From: Klebsormidium nitens
Taxonomy: Eukaryota; Plantae; Klebsormidiophyceae
NCBI GenBank assembly: GCA_000708835.1
Contig: DF237255.1
Span: forward strand, 42,597 to 106,596
Reading direction: 5' to 3'
Length of the DNA stretch: 64,000 nucleotides
Shown one piece after another: positions 1 through 10,947 of the stretch (position 1 is the first letter of the stretch; each line of letters starts with the position of its first letter). Under the pieces are notes generated by a model. The model worked only from the letters and a program-made list of their open reading frames with translations. It was not told the origin of the DNA and did no database searches. The translations under genes and the position numbers were made by a program.

Positions 1-3000
1 AGTTCCAATCTCAACCATCTTGAGGCTATCGCGTCCCTGCTCAAGCACCCCGAAATCAGCTGTGTGGTTAACATCCTTCAGACCATCAGCTTCCAGAGAC
101 AACTCCTCAGTGGTGCTGCTTCCAGCCTAAGAAACGGCACAGAGCTTTGCACCGCAGCGGTAGACCTTGTCTGCTTGTTCAGAGGCGAGCCAGCCTGGAT
201 TGTCGTATCTGCTCGCAACCCTGACTTTGTAAGCTGGAACAACCTTGGAGACGAAGAGAAGCCATCTTCTTCGACAAAGTCTTTTCACGGCCCCTCAACA
301 ACCACCTCCGGTGCTCCCTTGACTAGCCCAGGAGCCTCGTTCAATTCTCTGAAAGAGCCATCGAAGCCAGCTGAACTTCCTTCGGAGGCTTTGAGCGCCA
401 GTACTCTCAGCCAGACGCGCAGGCCAAGGCCAACCCACGACACATGCTTGAAGGACCGCATTGCCGGACTGTTAGATGCGGCCAGGGGGTCAAGCCAACT
501 CCACAGGCCAAGCAAGATTGTCCTCTATTTCGCTCGCGGCCTGCAGGCGTCCCTTCAATCACACCTTCTGGAAACTTTTGGAGCCGTTCCTTGTGCGCTG
601 ATTAAGTCACTGGGTTTTGAGATCTCTCTAAACCCCGACCCGAGTCAAGAACGACCAACGCATTTAGGCAGCCAGGTATTGGACGCAATAGGTAGGAGGC
701 TCTCTGCGGATATGGCCCCAGATTCAGAAGCACTGGCGTGGTCCCTGGTCGAAAGCTTTCCCAGCCCTACCCCTCCCGTCCGTCCCACATCCCCCTCAGA
801 TGACGCCAGCAAGGGGGCTGATGGCGTCAGCAAAGAGTGGATAGTCCTGGAAGACCCTTGCGTTCCTACTGATCAGAGCCCCTGTGAAAAGGACTCCTTG
901 GCGAGTGCCTCTGGAAGGGAGGAAGCGAACAGAGGAAGTGTGGTGGTGAGGGGAGGGTTAACTGCAACCGGGAGCAGGGTTAGGGGCCAGGTTATGAACG
1001 CGGTCCGACAGCTGGAGAATGGAGAGGGATGTGCGAACGATGGGCATTGTGCAGCAGCCGAGAATTCCACCAAACGCGGACAGCTGGAGGCGTTGCAAAC
1101 GGCGCCTACGCTTGAGGGCTCGTTTGTTGCGATTGACGGCCCGGAAGGCAGCTTCGAGAGTGGGGATAGCCTGGGACCCGGAGAGACGGCGGGCGAACTA
1201 GGCCCGGGGGCAAAGAGTCCGGCCCCGTTGGAAAAAGGCTGGGTGGCGCTCCGCTTGGGGGACGACGTTTCTGCTTTTCAGTCATCCCTTGCGAACGGGC
1301 CTTCAAATCTTGGAAGCGGTTCAAGGGGTGAAGACAAGGAGTGGGTCGCCCTTTCAGCCGCTGGGCCTCAAGGGAAGGCATTGCCTAGGAGTGACGTCAC
1401 CAGGGGAGATGAAAAAGGGGGCCATTGGATCGGGGTTCAGCAACCCGGGCTAACGATCAAGACTTTGGAAGCAGTCCCTGGGGAGTGGGTCGGAGTTGCA
1501 CGGTCAATCACCGAGTCGGAGCAGAACATAGTCCCGGAACGGACAGACCGGAAAGGGCACGACGATACCAACGGAACGAAGGGCGATCCGTTTTCAGGAG
1601 TGCAGAAGGCGAGCAGCGTGAAAGCTGAGAAGAGAACAGAATCAAAGGAAGAGCAGAAAGAGAGTTCGAAACAGAAGAAACCAGAGAGGAACGGAATTTG
1701 GGGAAACGGAACGGAGCCAGGCGGACCAAGTAGAATGACAGCGGCGCCACAGTTGGCCCAGCTCTCTGCCGTCAGGTGTACAAAATCCGCGACATGTGGC
1801 ACGACCCCGGACGTCCGAAGAACGCAATCGGAAGAGCACGGGGAAGACGGTTCCGGGTTAGCCGAAGGTCGGTTCCGGACGCTTAACCGGGTTCCGCTGA
1901 GTGCTCGGCCAGCCTCATGGCCGGCGGGGTTGAAGCTGGTTAACTTAGACACGACGGCCCTGGTTGCGCTCGTCTCGGGGATAACCAACGGCGCAGCGGA
2001 GGGGCTCCGCACGATGCCGGAGCAAGTGTTCAGGGAGCGGTGGAAGGGAAACGCAGATTTTATGCGCGACCAGGTGACTGGGTGTCTTTTCGATCCATTA
2101 CATTACATTTTTTAGATTCCAAAGAACAGCCTTGCCCTTATCATGCAATCTCGGGACACAAAGCGAACCGTCTTTTGGTGTGTCTTGCTCTCAAGCCCTT
2201 TTGATAGCCACAGTTCTCTATCAGCTGGTTCCGCCAATACTCATCAGTAGCGCCCCTTGACCGAGGGTTCTCGATTTGGTCTCGCTGACCTGTCGGTCAT
2301 CTACAAAGGTTCACATCGCGAAGGCGCTTCGTGCGCGGTGCTTCTGGGACGAATGTCAGATTTTATTATGAGCAACATCACATCACTCAGGCCCTTGTCT
2401 GTCACTTCCCCTATCTTTTCGACGGCCACCATGCGCTGAAAGTCCTTGGTCGCCTTAGCTTGGTCACAATATCTAACACGGAGCTCCTCAACCACCGTCG
2501 AATCTGTCTAACTTCCCCTGCTTTTGATCATGTGTTTCAGTCCGCTGGCCAGCAGATCGTTTCTCACACCGCAACTTCTTCACGCCGCTGACGTCACGCA
2601 CGCCTGATGTAGCTCCACCCTCCCTCTATCACGAGTCTGACCCCATTCCGCTAGCCAGCAGACTGATGACGTCACGCTCCTCTCACGTAGCTTCAACCTC
2701 GCCCTCCTCACATCGAGGCGGAGTTGTAAGATACCCACAGCTGCCCCACTTAGAATCGGTCCCCTTCCGGTGCGTGCTGATTGATGACGTCACGTTACAT
2801 CTTCGAGTCGCTGACGTAACTTTGCCTTCCCTCTTCTCAGGTCGAGGCGGAGATCTAGAGTTGTAGTAGTCGCAGCTGCCCCTACTTACAAATCGGTCTT
2901 CTTCCGGTGCGAGCAGACTGACGACGTCACGTGACGTCTTCGCGCCGCTGACATTGCTTTCCCTTCCCTCCCCTCAAGTTGAGGCGGAGCTGCAGTACCC

Positions 3001-4061
3001 GCAGCTTCCTTACGTAGAAACGGTCCCCTCCGCTGCGAGCTGATTGACGACGTAACGTCAGTGAGCCGCTGACGTAATTGTCCCCTTTTTCTTCTTAGGT
3101 TGAGGCGGAGCTGCAGTACCCACAGCTGCCCTACTTAGAAATGGTTCTAATGTGACCAGAAAATCGCTGACGTAAGTTTCCCCTATTTCTTCTCAGGTCG
3201 AAGCGGAGCTGCAGTACCCGCAGCTGCCCTACTTAGAATCGGTCTCCGCGGACAAGGCCCTCCTGGTCACCCAGTACGTCTTGCGGGAGTTCGTTTCTAT
3301 TGTGAGCGTCGTCGGGGGCGAGGAGGAGCAGGCGCGCGCGGAGCGCGTCCTCAAGCGGTGCTGGTGAGAAGCTGACAGTCGCTGCTCTTTAACCTTGCTC
3401 CGTTGATGGCTGACCTTGGCCGTTGCTTTTTTCGATCGTAACTCCAGTCAAGGCGTCTTTTAAGCCAAAGTGCTCAACGGGTTGAACACCTCGCGAAACC
3501 TGCTGCTTCATGGCTGGACTTGACTGGCCTCGCTTCCTCGTTCTCCGCTTTCGAGGCGTCGATTCTACTGAAGAGTGAGAAACGGTTTGATGGTTATCGT
3601 TGGCCCAGGGTCAAAGTGGCAGTTCCCTGGTGCATCGAGTCGACTAATCTCAGAATGCTGTTCCTCTGGGGCTCCATACTCTCAAAACTTGCTCGTCAAC
3701 GTGCATTTCTATGCAGAAACGCGTGCAGCATGGGTACGGAGGCATTACGGTTCTGAAGGTGAAGCTAGTCGAACAGAGCACACATTGCCTTTTGTCGGCA
3801 CAAAAAATTGCGTTCGCAACGAATTTTTGAGCCCGCGTTGTTTAAACTCTCAGGCTCATCGCGGACAGTCCCTCGGACCGCCTCCGCAGCCTGTCCCCCA
3901 GCCGGGCAATCAAAGCGCGCCACGTGGCGATCTTCGGCACGGCGGACGCCTGGTCCTGTCCGACGCTCACCTCGAACGCGGCATTCGCGAGAGCCGTCCA
4001 AAAGCAGGGGGTGCCGCTCTGGGTCCTGGAGCACCGCCCGAGTGCGCTTGTGGGCTGCTGA
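1..4061 (+). CDS. C7orf25/UPF0415-like protein (DUF5614 N-terminal + DUF1308 C-terminal), 5' end outside window; exons <1..2073, 3197..3363, 3854..4061
   Basis: Frame +1 is open from base 1 (SSNLNHLEAIASLL, like the C7orf25 N-terminal SNLTHL motif). Exon 1 ends ...KLVNLDTTALVALVSGITNG...FMRDQ|GT. Exon 2 reads VEAELQYPQLPYLE...GGEEEQARAERVL. Exon 3 reads LIADSPSDRL...IFGTADAWSCPTLTSNAAFARAVQKQGVPLWVLEHRPSALVGC*. All junctions are GT-AG and phase-compatible. Confidence 0.85.
2580..3250 (+). repeat. Intronic tandem array (about 5 copies, about 100-135 bp) of branch point + pyrimidine tract + acceptor + first ~48 nt of exon 2
   Basis: Repeated GCTGACGT...YYYY(AG)|GTCGAGGCGGAGCTGCAGTACCCGCAGCTGCCCTACTTAGAATCGGTC near 2712, 2841, 2978, 3099 and 3197 (the last is the real exon). 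Confidence 0.9.
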
Positions 4062-4099
4062 CACGTGGCGCTTGCGGGGGGCTGACACGTGTCAGGATC

Positions 4100-5330
4100 A
4101 GTGGAACGTCGAAAGGCTGGACGCCGAGATAAGGATGTTGAGAGCATGTACGGCAGTAAGATGTAGGTCTGGTGCGAGTAGCCTCGTAGAAATGCACAAG
4201 AGAGAGCGCAAGTAACAGCTTTTCGAAACAGAGCAGGTTCAGCGACGGTAACAAAGACGGTGAGGTAGATGTACAGTGGCTCGCCTTAGGAGGCAGATGC
4301 TTCACGAAAATTGTAAAGTGTGCTCGCGGATGCTACATTTGGAACTGGCGTGCAGAAATAGGACTGCGGTTCAACCGACGAGGGGCCAAAAGATGGTTGA
4401 GACCACGCAGCACTGTAAGAGCGGACTCGCCACGATACTTATACTCTAGCTTGAGGGAAGAGAATTCTCTGTTAGGAGGCAAGTTTGCCCGAGAAAACGA
4501 TAGAACGAGAATAGTTGTTCGATTGTGAGCCAGCGAGACCCTGTACTGAGGAAACAATTGAGGCAGTTTTTTCCTTGAAGGACGATCCGAGGCCGGGCTC
4601 GTTCGCGTAGCCAGCCCGAGCTTCAGAAGGCTAGGTGTGAACATCGAGGGCCGACTGTCAGTATCTTTTTAATGAGCGAAGGTCTACACTTTTGGTGACG
4701 TTCTTACCTTGAACCTTGCAAGAACCGTCCTCGAAATTAAGTAATGGTGTAAGCGCGTTCGTTGGATTGGATCGAATGCAGGAACTCCGCTTGCTTGGAT
4801 CTCTGACTGTATCAACCAGACATGAAGGCCTTGTAAGCGCATCATATTTGCTTTGATTCTGGAAGCTTTCGGACTGCATGGAGCGTGGATCTTCTCGCGC
4901 ATCCTAAGTTCCAAGGTTGCATGCACAATGCGAGCGGATCGAGCTCCGAGTGAGCACACACACTAAATCTCTAGCTGCGTGCAATTCATCATGATCCGAT
5001 CTGGCCCAGAACGCGCTCCTGACGCATGTTTGCGGGCAGTCATCTTTTTATTTAACTCGAGAGATCCACAAACGTAATCAAACGCGCCGGCATACATGCG
5101 TAAATCGTCATCGTACTGGACTCCGTCCACCAGTATTGTTGGCGCATGGTGCGAACTGAGCTGAGTCCGATCCCCCTCAACAAGAAAGTAGCAAACATCA
5201 ATTTGAAGATAGCTGAGTAGCTTGTGTTGCCAATGACATTTAAACATGCAGAACAGAATTCCAATAGCCGAATTCCTGCACATGATTAACAACATAATCA
5301 CAGTAACAATATTTGACTGTGTGTGGTGAT
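4100..5330 (-). pseudogene. Decayed leucine-rich-repeat coding remnant
   Basis: Short minus-strand ORFs contain LRR-like strings (MKHLPP...LPSLNLLCFEKLLL; SLKLEYKY...LTVLRGLNHL; WQHKLLSYLQIDVC) broken by stops and frameshifts. Confidence 0.35.
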
Positions 5331-6416
5331 TCTGAAGCTCGGGCGGGTTAGTGCGTGAGTTTCTACGGTGTTTCTACGTACAAGCTAGCCGCTTCGTAAG
5401 AATCATGCGCACCCGTACGCTTGGATTCAAGTTCTGTGCCTAAGAAACCAAGTCAAAGTAAACCCTGAGGGTTAGTAGAGATTGTTGCAATTAAATCTGA
5501 TCATTGTTTCAGAATCCAGGCTCGTTCGCAGCTTGCACCTCTTGGCGACCTGATTCGCCTTTGTCATCCTACTCTGTGATAAGTTTGCAGCTGTTATTCG
5601 GGTAAACTGTCTTTGACCCCTCACGCTATCAGACGGCCATTCCAATCCTTAAGAGATCTCGTTGGCCTCCTAAGTCCAATCCTGCGACAGAAAGGAAAGA
5701 AGAGAAGCTCAGAGATCTCGAGCTTGAAAGAGCGAGGAATGTAAAGATAAAAACTCTCAAAAAGCTGAGGGTCTCAGTCCATACTCCCGTCATATCGTCC
5801 TTGTATCGATGGAGTCCTCCTCTTCATCACAACTCCATGATTCTGATTTGTCCAAAAAAGCTTATCCCGTGGGTTAACTTCAGTCAGCAGCTCCGAAATA
5901 AGGACATTTATGGCGACATCCCCACTGCGAGAGTGTTCTGGATCTTTACTATGCTAATCACCCAGTTTCTTGTGCTGTTGCGACGGTGACAAGTGGGCGC
6001 CGGTGGGATTGGCAATTTTCAAAATCCAGAATTACGTAAGACAATCGAGCAATAGCTGGGCTTTGCGAAACCCCGATTCGAAGGCAACCGCCGCACGCCT
6101 TCATAGGAACACATTAGCCACACAAACACTTGGCAGCTAAGAAAGCGTCCAAAAACCAGCAAACAGCTGACGGCATAAGTCGGAGCCCAAGGGCGTTCAA
6201 CTGATCCACAAAACTGTTTCGCTACTAACCAAACCTGGTTAACGGCCGTTGACCAGAACCTGATCAGCAAAAGAGCATCTAACGCGTGTCTAACCAGGCT
6301 TGGTTAGGTGTGGTTTTCTCCTGTAGCTTGTACCCACTGATTTGTGCCAACTAAAAATCAGGGCAACAATTAGACAAGCGCCGGGAGCTTACGTGGCATC
6401 AATGGCTATCACCAGT

Positions 6417-9400
6417 TTACACTGTATATCTGTACACCTTGCCGTTCTTGTCCAGGCCCCAGACGGTGGGGTAACCCGCGCTGATGGCCGAGAGGGATCC
6501 CTCTTCCTTGAACCAAGCGCCCGTTTCACTCGTGTTCATAACCCAGCGGAAGATGCTGCCTTTGGCGTCCACCGCCCATACTCCGCACAGACCAGTGGAA
6601 ATCTGGACGGGATATCCAGAATCAGGGATTCGAGGAGATTATTTTGGGCTCTAAAACTTGAAGCAAAAGAAGACTGAACCGAAAGAACTCTTTTTTCTTT
6701 TAAATCTTGCGCGGATTTCGCTCCTGTTGGGATCCAACGGTACCCTCCGCCTTTGGCGTCTACCGCCCACAGACCGCACAGGCCAGTGGAAATGTGGACG
6801 GAATTTCGCAAGCAGGGGGTTAGCGTGTGATTTTGGGCTCAAAGAATTGAAGTATAAAAAGACTGAGGATCTGAGTTAGGTCTCGAAGGTTGCTGCCAGG
6901 ACGTTGAGACAAAAAGGTGGTTGAGACAGCCAATCTTAGGGTACTGCTGTGCATCGTTGGGAACCGGATACACGGTGAAGGAACCGTAAACGTGTTCCCG
7001 GTACAAGCCAGCTTGATAACCGGGGGAGCCTCAGACAGTGCCTTCTTAGACAAAACGACCTCGTTCATCTCAAGTGGCTGTAGGATGCCAATAAAGGTCG
7101 TGAAAGGGGGCTGAGGGTGCCGTTCTGAATGGTCCGGAGACGCGCTCTAGGGTCTACGATCGAACGCTTCAAAAGGGCATTGGAGAAGCTGGTAAAGGGA
7201 CACAGGCAGGATCCGAAGATCTGTCTACAGACCTCGTTACTGGCCAATCTGTGGCCTTCTATCAAGACATTGTGGTTTACATCCGGTTAAATGCCCGTTG
7301 ACCAAGTACGTTAATCAACGAGGAAATATCTGTGGCTGATTCGATGCCCTTCTATCGAAGAACGTGGTTCACGTCCGCTTAATTGCACCTTAACCAAGCA
7401 TGATACCTGAAGAGAAAGATTTCGTTCAGTGCCTTCTATCGAAAGAACGTGGAACGTCCGGTTAACTGCCCGTTGACCGAGTACGAAAAAGGAAAAGAGA
7501 GAAGGGATTATTTGGCACCTGCTTGACACTGTCGCGCCCCTCGGGCCCGGGGACGTACACCCACCGCCCCGAGAAGCGTCGGTACACCTTCTTTAATTCG
7601 CCCAGTTGGATGCCCCAGAGGTCGCCGTAATCGTTGGTGTCAATCGCGTCCAGCAAGCCGTCGAGCTGGATCCACTTGCCTGCAGCATGACACCAGTTTC
7701 ATGCAACGCCGCTTATTATCACTTAAGCTGACTTTGGGGTCAGAAGCTGCTCAAAGCACATGCCCGTTGTTACTAGGATCATGCAAGGATTCAACTGTGC
7801 TAGCGCTCGACCGTTCAAAGAAATTAATTGAAGGACCGACAGACCTTGTTGGCGCAGCACCGGTGTCAAACAATGGGTCTGGAATGAAGGGAACAGGGAC
7901 CGTAAACCTAACGTGGTTAGTCTCTGGTTCAGTGCTCTTCTACTCAAAAGAAACTTGGTTTACGTTTGGTCGATCGCCCGTAGATCAAGCTTAGTTAAGG
8001 GCGATAACTTTCTGTCAAAACCGAAAGGGCGACACTGAGTTGTTACATTCTTGCCAATCTTCATTGCAGCCCCTCTGAGAAGAGCATCCGCATGGAAACT
8101 GGTACGCCCCTCTTTCTCGAGAAGTGAACAGGCGTGCATGTAGCAACAAGGGGCTGTTCGGTTGTGAATATCACCAAAAAGACGCTGGAACATAGCTTGC
8201 TCATAGGCGATATTGCCATTTTTATCAGAGCCATCAATCTCTGTTTGCGGTCGACTTGGACCCTGATTTCGAACGATCTGTCCCTAGTCTCGAGAGGTTG
8301 ACCTTCACCCCTCTTGACACCGTCCGAAAGAGGATCTGGGTCGGGAAGAGGTCCGATGATTATCAGATTTAAGACTGGTCAATAAGGCTGATATCAACCT
8401 CCGCTAGGGAACTGAACTTCGAGGCTCTCCTTCTAACCGGATCAGAGCTTGACAGAGGAGAAATCTCGAGTCCGCACACCTTCTCCCTGGTACTTGAAGA
8501 TCTGGCGTTTCGTGTCGATGACGTACACGTCTTGCCCGGAGGCCACGTGGGCGATTTTCCCGCTGCCGGGCATTGGAGTGACCTCAACAAACTCCGGGGC
8601 GGCTTCGTCCCTGCCAAACCACGGGCCAAAAACAGGTTATGACTCGGTTATGATTCGGTTAACGTCTTGTTTTCGCTGACAAGTGACTGCTTACGAAGAA
8701 GTAATGCTTTGCTGATTGGGGTTTGATAAACTGCTTCCAAGCAGTGTACAAACCGTCAACCTGAGCCGCGACTGGTGAGTAACCGACTTGAACCCACCCA
8801 AAATTCTTTCCCGGACAATTGCGCAAACGGTAACAAAAGGAGCCCCTAATCACGAGCCCCTAATCACGATTGATTGAAGGGCTGGTACCAAAATCGAATC
8901 AGGTTCCCCTGGTTGAAGGGCTCTTGACCAGCCAGAAAACAAGCCTGGTTAACACTGGTAACTTCTTGTGTAAGAAGTTTACCAACTTACCACTGGTACA
9001 GCTGATTCTGTCTGTCAACAGCCCACATGCCGCTAAATCCGGCCGAAACCTGCGCCATCTTCCCAGTTGCCTGGCTCCATTCAGTGCCGTCGAACAGATA
9101 TACGTTGTTCGCAGTATCGGTGCCCACTACCGTTTTCTCGTCCCCACTGCTGATGGTTTTGAGGCCGCCCGGCATCTGGGTCCAGCCCATGCTGATTGGG
9201 GACGCCTGCAGAAAGGGGTTTGCAGTTCAAATGTCTGCCCGGTGACTGAATCTAAAATCAGTGCTAGCTCATGCTAATAGGGGATGCCTGCAGAAAGTAA
9301 GGGATTTGCAGTCAAAAAGTCCGCTCGTTTGCTGGTTCCAAATCGAGTCCAGCCCATGCGGCTGATTGGGGACGCCTGCAGAGAGGAGTTTGAGTCAGAA

Positions 9401-10947
9401 ACTCTGCTCGGGTACTGGTTCTGAAGTCGGGTCCAGCTCAGGCTGATTGGGGTCACCTGTAGAAAGAAATCTATGGTGCAGAGTCCGCTTGGTTACATGT
9501 TCTGAAGCGCGGTCCAGCTCATGCTAGTTGGACATGCCTGCAGAAAGGGGTTTGCAGTCAAAAAGTCTGCTCGGTTACTGGTTCTGTAATTGGGTTTAGC
9601 CAATGCTAATTGGGGATGCCCACAGAAAGGGGTTTGCAGTCTACAAGTCTGCCCGGTTACTGGCTTCGAGATTGGGTTTAGCCAATGCTGAGTGGGGCAG
9701 CCACCAGAAAGGAGTCTGCAGTCAAAAAGTCCGCTCGTTCACTGGCTCCCAAATTGGTGCTAGCTCATGCTGAATGGCACGCCTGCAGAAAGGAGTCTAT
9801 GGCAGGGAATCCGCTTGGTTACTTGTTCTGAAGTTGGGTCCAGCTCATGCTGATTGCGGACGCCTGTAGAAAGGAGTCTATGGTGAAGATTCCGCTCGGT
9901 TACTTGTTCTGAAGTCGGAGTCTCGCCCATGCTGATCAGGGACACCTGCAGCTTAGGAGTCTGCATCTGAAACGTACTGTGCTCATAACAGTCAAGCCCG
10001 GTCACTTGTGAGTTCTTCGTCCAAGGTTTTTCAGAGGCAGTTAGATCTCTGAAGAAAGGAGATCAGGGTGCATTACCCACTTTGGGGTTTCAAACTCCAA
10101 TTTTGACCAGCATTGGTGCAGATCAGATTTTTGCTTACGAACACATGAGCAGGGTGCAAAAGTGAGTTGCTTCAGCCTGAAGGCACTAAGGAGAGTCCTG
10201 GCGCAATTCTGATCATGCAATTCAGGAAGAACCACAAATCTTACAAAGCCAATTTAGGGAGGCTGCCTATCGCATTTCTGAACAGGCATTGTCAAATGAC
10301 CAAGAATTGGCCGTTGCCCAAATCAAGCTGAAACCTTTGGGGTAGGGTGTTGGGTTGGGATAATTGGTTTGATTGACCCTCACATTTGAACCCGTCAATT
10401 TCAAATTGAAAGGAAATGCAATGCAACAGCCAAAAGCTCAAGCGAGCCCGTAAGAATCCAATGCCAATCCAGTCAATGCCAGATACACGAATTCCAGCAA
10501 TTCTCTAAAATAACGTCCTCCAGTCGTCCGCTGCGCATTGGGATCTCATCCAGCCGCATTCCCCTGTAGCGGCGCTTCTTCAGCCCCCGGTTCTGCGTCC
10601 GCAAAGCTAGAATTTCTCAGCAGAAGGGCAAGTTCTGGACCTGCTGAACTTGTTTAAAGAACCTGGTTAAAGAACCTGGTTAGAGAACCTGCTCAAGGTC
10701 AGCCGTTCCGGCACCCACTCACCTTGACTTTGCTTCCTCTGCAAGGAAAGGCCTCAACTGGCGCGTACTGGATCTTCCGGCCCCACATATTCCCGCGGCA
10801 AACAAGCTCCCTGCCGGCATTGCTGCCGCGCACATTGACACCGTCTGCATTTTGAGCGCCCGCCGCAGCAGACGACGACGCTGTTCTGGCAAAGGGCGCG
10901 GCAGACTGCCCGCAAAAGCGGGCGACGCTCAGGGATGAGGCCATCAT
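6417..10947 (-). CDS. Tectonin / fish-egg-lectin-type six-bladed beta-propeller lectin; exons 10947..10723 (tentative), 9205..8991, 8610..8480, 7679..7519, 6602..6417
   Basis: The spliced product has six tectonin-like repeats: GWTQMPGGLKTISSG..VVG, WSQATGKMAQVSAGFSGMWAVD, GKIAHVASGQDVYVID, KWIQLDGLLDAIDTNDYGDLWGI, KQISTGLCGVWAVD, WFKEEGSLSAISAGYPTVWGLDKNGKVYRY*. The last four exons join in phase (2, 1, 0) through GT-AG introns. The first exon is less certain. Confidence 0.8.
6555..6870 (-). repeat. Diverged direct duplication of the last acceptor + exon start of the lectin gene; upstream copy has CAG changed to CAC
   Basis: 6558-6680 resembles 6750-6870. Real: CCGTCCAG|ATTTCCACTGGTCTGTGCGG. 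Copy: CCGTCCAC|ATTTCCACTGGCCTGTGCGG. Confidence 0.85.
7251..7495. repeat. Intronic degenerate tandem repeat, 3 copies of about 85-90 bp
   Basis: GCCTTCTATC(G)AAGA..GTGG....TCCGGTTAA.TGCCCGTTGACC.AGTACG-like unit near 7254, 7346 and 7432. Confidence 0.75.
9180..9965 (-). repeat. Tandem array of about 10 units of about 80-85 bp, each a copy of the lectin exon-2 acceptor and first ~8 codons
   Basis: Plus-strand unit GTCCAGCTCATGCTGATTGGGGACGCCTGCAGAAAGG.GT.TGCAGTC.AAAGTCYGCTCGGTTACTGGTTCTGAA.T.GG. On the minus strand each unit reads ...TTTCTGCAG|GCGTCCCCAATCAGCATG.GCTGGAC. The unit at 9205 is the real exon start. Confidence 0.92.

Noticed and set aside
8659-8853. Extra lectin exon (GWVQVGYSPVAAQVDGLYTAW) ending at a GTAAG
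   Set aside because: The flanking exons (ending 8991, starting 8610) already join in phase to give W-D, and the peptide does not fit the repeat register.
9180-9965. CRISPR-like repeat-spacer array
   Set aside because: The units are similar along their whole length, with no unique spacers, no cas genes and a eukaryotic intron context. The array is explained as splice-junction duplication.
10460-10640. Additional lectin exon between exon 1 and exon 2
   Set aside because: Every candidate acceptor and phase I tried ran into a stop or needed a non-canonical site. It is left unresolved rather than called.
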